DNA from: Ignavibacteriales bacterium
Lineage (GTDB): Bacteria > Bacillota > Clostridia > Acetivibrionales > UBA4821
DNA length: 64,000 bases
Assembly (NCBI GenBank): GCA_050260055.1
Contig: JBLNBO010000003.1
Coordinates: 38,629 to 102,628 of the forward strand
Reading direction: 5' to 3'
Below the pieces are notes generated by a model, which worked only from the letters and a program-made list of their open reading frames with translations, was not told the DNA's origin and did no database searches. Position 1 is the stretch's first letter, and each line of letters opens with the position of its first letter. Shown here in pieces: positions 60,850 through 64,000 of the stretch. The translations under genes were made by a program, and so were the position numbers.

Positions 60850-61349
60850 CCAAATGACACCTCTCCCGTTTGAGGAGTAATCTTTATATAAATATATACG
60901 TTTGATGCCTTAAGATAAATTGTTGTCAAATCAGTAAAAGCAGTTGTCTCATCTGGCTCAAACGGCTTACCTGTACTGTCAAAAACAAATCCTTCTCCTA
61001 CAGAATTTCCTGATGCATCAACTATTTTTTCACAGGTAATTCCTCCGCTGAAATCAACTCTTTTTATCGTTTTTAAGGTTCTTCCCGTTTCTGAAACTAT
61101 TATTTGTCTGATTTCATACCAGTTTTCATCAAAATTAAAAAATACTATGTGGTTATCTTTTGTGCTTATGCTAAGCTCCTGGGCATAACGGATATCAGAA
61201 ACAAGGTTTCTTGCTGATGTGTATAATTTAAAGTCGTTTTTTGAGCCTCCCATCCTTGGTGCGGCAACAACAATAACAATTCCCAAGATGGCTATAACTA
61301 TCATTATTTCCAGAAGCGTAAAACCTTTATTTTTCATATTGCCCCTCAC
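60840..61349 (-). CDS. GspH/FimT-like minor pilin
   Basis: KGFTLLEIMIVIAILGI prepilin motif, then the ...L..D(I)R.A(Q)..(S)I pattern of GspH/FimT. Confidence 0.75.
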   Translation of the reverse strand: MRGNMKNKGFTLLEIMIVIAILGIVIVVAAPRMGGSKNDFKLYTSARNLVSDIRYAQELSISTKDNHIVFFNFDENWYEIRQIIVSETGRTLKTIKRVDFSGGITCEKIVDASGNSVGEGFVFDSTGKPFEPDETTAFTDLTTIYLKASNVYIYIKITPQTGEVSFGWN

Positions 61350-61351
61350 AT

Positions 61352-62569
61352 TTACTTACCTCCCGATAAAGACCCAATCATATTAAACATTGGAAGCATT
61401 ACCGAAAGAAGGATTGCCGCAATAACTCCACCCATTATAAGAGTAAACATCGGTTCAAGCAAAGAAATTGCTTTTGCTATTCCCGAATCAAATTTTTCAT
61501 CATAATAATCCGCTAAATCATTCATAGAATCTGCCAGAGTTCCTGTTTCTTCGCTGATTGAAATAATATTTGTTACCATATTGTCAAAAAACCCGATTTG
61601 CTCAAAGCTTGCCGAAAGGGACTCACCCTTATTTATTCTGTCTTTTGCTTCAGAAATTCCTTTGCTGAGCTTCTCATTCCCTACTACCTTTTCAAGCGTA
61701 TCCATAATTATAAGCATAGGCAAACCCGTGTTTATGAGCATGCCCATTGTTCTTGCCACCCTTGCAGTTAAAAAGTCGACTGCAACCCTTGAAATCATAG
61801 GGGTTTTAAACATAAGGTATGTTTTACATCGCACCTTGAATTGATAAGGAACAGCTTTAATGTATAAAACAACTAAAGCCGCAATAGAAAGTAATACTGC
61901 AGCCAGATTGTTTGCCACAAAATGCGCGGTTCCCATAAGAATTTTTGTAAGAAGCGGGAGTTCTACCCCATTCTCAGAAATTATTCCAACAAGCTCCGGA
62001 AGAACGAAAAAAGTGAAGATGATAATTACAGCAGTAGCGATACATACAAGGATGCATGGATAAATAAGTGCCGAAGAAATCTTCTTTTTGGTTCTGGTTT
62101 CTTTCTCATAATACTCAGCCATTTTCTTAAAAATAGAATCAAGATTTCCGCTGACTTCTCCAACCTGAACCATGTTGACAAGAAGCATCGGAAGCCTAAA
62201 CCCGCAGTTTTTGAATGCATCCGTAAGGGAGCTTCCTTTCTGGATGCTTATATTTAGGCTGTCGGCAAGCTCTTTTACCTTCTTACTGTCTGTCTGGTCT
62301 CTAACCATTTGGAGCCCTTTTAATATGCTGATTCCAGACTTTGTTATTATGCTGAGCTGATTGCAAAATGCCGCTATCTCAGATGATGAAATATTCCTGA
62401 TTTCCTGTTTGCTTGATCTGCTTTTTGCAAATAGGTCTGCCTTTATTTTTATCAGCTTTTGTCCTTCTGCTGCAATCAATTGTCTTACCTCTTCAGGACT
62501 TTCTGCATCAATACTGTCGTTTATTATCTCATTATGCTCGTTCAATGCCGAATACTTGTATACTGGCAT
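61352..62569 (-). CDS. pilC: type IV pilus platform protein PilC (GspF family)
   Basis: 405 aa with two GspF repeats and three TM segments. Confidence 0.93.
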   Translation of the reverse strand: MPVYKYSALNEHNEIINDSIDAESPEEVRQLIAAEGQKLIKIKADLFAKSRSSKQEIRNISSSEIAAFCNQLSIITKSGISILKGLQMVRDQTDSKKVKELADSLNISIQKGSSLTDAFKNCGFRLPMLLVNMVQVGEVSGNLDSIFKKMAEYYEKETRTKKKISSALIYPCILVCIATAVIIIFTFFVLPELVGIISENGVELPLLTKILMGTAHFVANNLAAVLLSIAALVVLYIKAVPYQFKVRCKTYLMFKTPMISRVAVDFLTARVARTMGMLINTGLPMLIIMDTLEKVVGNEKLSKGISEAKDRINKGESLSASFEQIGFFDNMVTNIISISEETGTLADSMNDLADYYDEKFDSGIAKAISLLEPMFTLIMGGVIAAILLSVMLPMFNMIGSLSGGK

Positions 62570-62603
62570 AGCTTTATCCTTTCTTTTGTATAAACTTCAA
62601 TCG

Positions 62604-62640
62604 GTAAAATGCACGGGTAAATGTAAAGGAGTACGGGTAA
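62604..62640. repeat. left arm of the 37-bp inverted repeat bracketing pilA
   Basis: The reverse complement TTACCCGTACTCCTTTACATTTACCCGTGCATTTTAC matches 63236-63271 at 34 of 37 positions, with one indel. Confidence 0.8.
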
Positions 62641-62660
62641 GGAAATTTTCTCTTTAGGTA

Positions 62661-63206
62661 TTAGTTTGTTGTTACTGCTTTATTTGCAAGTACAGTTCCA
62701 TTAACATCATGCGGAGTAAATGTGACTCTTAGCTTGCCACTAGCATCAACAAAAGCATCATACTCAACTACTCCTGAGAAATTAGGATCAGTTGTACCAG
62801 CCATTGTTATTAACTGTACTGCAGCAGTCATATCAGCTGTTGCGTCTGATTCATAAAGAAAAGCTCTGTTACCTGCTGTAAAAGCTGGAGTATCAGGGTC
62901 TGTAGCAGTATCAGCTGCAGCTGTTCCAACAAATGCCACCTTGGTTAATGGATTTTTCATTCCATTTGCACGTAATCTTGAAACAAGTGCGAGTTCAATA
63001 TCGTCACATCCTGCTTCAGTTCCCTCATATGATTCAATCAATGCTTCTGCTATAGAAGCTGCCATTCTAACGTTTGTATCAAGACCTGCTTCTCTTGCCT
63101 GGTTCTTTACTCCTGCAACTCTTGGTATAAGCACGAGTGCAAGAATCCCGATAATAGCTATAGCTATCATTAATTCAATAAGTGTAAAACCTTTATTATT
63201 CTTCAA
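62661..63206 (-). CDS. pilA: major type IV pilin PilA
   Basis: MKNNKGFTLIELMIAIAIIGILA prepilin signal with Gly-1/Phe+1/Glu+5. TTG start 8 nt after AAAGGAGG. Confidence 0.9.
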   Translation of the reverse strand: MKNNKGFTLIELMIAIAIIGILALVLIPRVAGVKNQAREAGLDTNVRMAASIAEALIESYEGTEAGCDDIELALVSRLRANGMKNPLTKVAFVGTAAADTATDPDTPAFTAGNRAFLYESDATADMTAAVQLITMAGTTDPNFSGVVEYDAFVDASGKLRVTFTPHDVNGTVLANKAVTTN

Positions 63207-63235
63207 CCTTACCCATCCTCCTTTGATTTTTTTAT

Positions 63236-63271
63236 TTACCGTACTCCTTTACAATTACCACTGCATTTTAC
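63236..63271. repeat. right arm of the inverted repeat bracketing pilA
   Basis: TTACCGTACTCCTTTACAATTACCACTGCATTTTAC, 30 nt upstream of the pilA start on the minus strand. Confidence 0.8.
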
Positions 63272-63452
63272 TTAACTTTCTGTTGTTCTGTTTCATCTCC
63301 TTTCCAAATCTTTTTACATAGGCGGATTTCCCCTATAACTCACCTCTATCCCCTCTCTTAAAATAGAGGGGTATTAGACCTTCTTCGAAGAATTTACCCT
63401 TTCTTCCCTCTATCTTGAGAGAGGGAAGGTAGATGGGTGAGTTGTCAACTAA

Positions 63453-64000
63453 TTAAGCATAAGTTATCCTTATCATTTCTTCAATCGTGGTTACTCCCTC
63501 GAGTATCATATGTTTACAGCTTTCTCTCAAGGTAACCATCCCCTCTGTTACCGCTTGGTCTCTGAGGTTCTCTGTAGGCGTCCTCTGGTCAATAAGAAGC
63601 CTCAAATCCTTGGTTATTTCCATAATTTCAAATATGGCCGTCCTGCCTTTATATCCGGAATGTCCGCATAATCTGCATCCTGCTCCTTTATAAATCTTTC
63701 TTTCATCATTCAATTCTATACCTAAAAGAGCTAAATCCCTGTCATCAGGAATGTGCTCTTTTTTACAGTGGGGGCAAATCTTTCTGACCAACCTTTGTGC
63801 AATTATTCCGATTAAGCTTGAAGATACCAAAAACGGCTCAATGCCCATATCTGTAAGCCTTGAGATTACACCTGGAGCATCGTTTGTGTGGAGGGTGCTC
63901 AAAACAAGGTGTCCTGTTAAAGCCGCACGTATTGAAATCTCGGCGGTTTCCGAGTCTCTTATTTCTCCCACCATTACTATATCAGGGTCTTGCCTTAGTA
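63453..64000 (-). CDS. pilB: type IV pilus assembly ATPase PilB (GspE family), C-terminal part; continues beyond the window
   Basis: The His box region [11 protein letters not shown], the tetracysteine motif CPHCK...[12 protein letters not shown], and a frame that stays open to base 64000. Confidence 0.9.
   Translation of the reverse strand, partial: LRQDPDIVMVGEIRDSETAEISIRAALTGHLVLSTLHTNDAPGVISRLTDMGIEPFLVSSSLIGIIAQRLVRKICPHCKKEHIPDDRDLALLGIELNDERKIYKGAGCRLCGHSGYKGRTAIFEIMEITKDLRLLIDQRTPTENLRDQAVTEGMVTLRESCKHMILEGVTTIEEMIRITYA

Overview
Chromosomal window from a low-GC (about 30-35% GC) Firmicute, probably a spore-forming member of the Clostridia. All family assignments come from motifs read by eye; no database search was run. 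Bases 1-33 kb are mostly minus-strand core genes. They include the proteostasis cluster tig-clpP-clpX-lonB-lon, secreted proteases and envelope proteins, trxA and a CsoR-like repressor. They also include a HAD / glycerol-1-phosphate-dehydrogenase-like / HD operon, a NifS-type cysteine desulfurase with two paralogous orphan genes, and a minimal MCP-CheA-CheW-CheY cluster. Bases 33.4-47.9 kb form a tRNA-punctuated plasticity zone. It holds four intact tRNAs (Arg-TCT, Ser-CGA, Arg-CCT, Arg-ACG), tRNA 3' fragments, a truncated histidine-kinase remnant and an orphan recT. Downstream of tRNA-Arg(ACG) lies an integrase-less array of same-strand orphan genes, including an Mrr-like nuclease and a 483-aa protein with a nuclease-like C-terminus. 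These genes are separated by a family of GC-rich, hairpin-rich repeats that I cannot assign to any known element class. That array is my best candidate for an undescribed system. Bases 48-53.6 kb carry an ECF sigma/anti-sigma pair, an ABC-F ATPase and small DUF genes. Bases 53.6-64 kb are a type IV pilus cluster (pilB-pilA-pilC-minor pilins-pilMNOO). It contains a 1153-aa pseudopilin with four FN3 + DNRLRE-like modules, and a 37-bp inverted repeat that brackets pilA. No CRISPR array, rRNA, intact IS element or integrase was seen.
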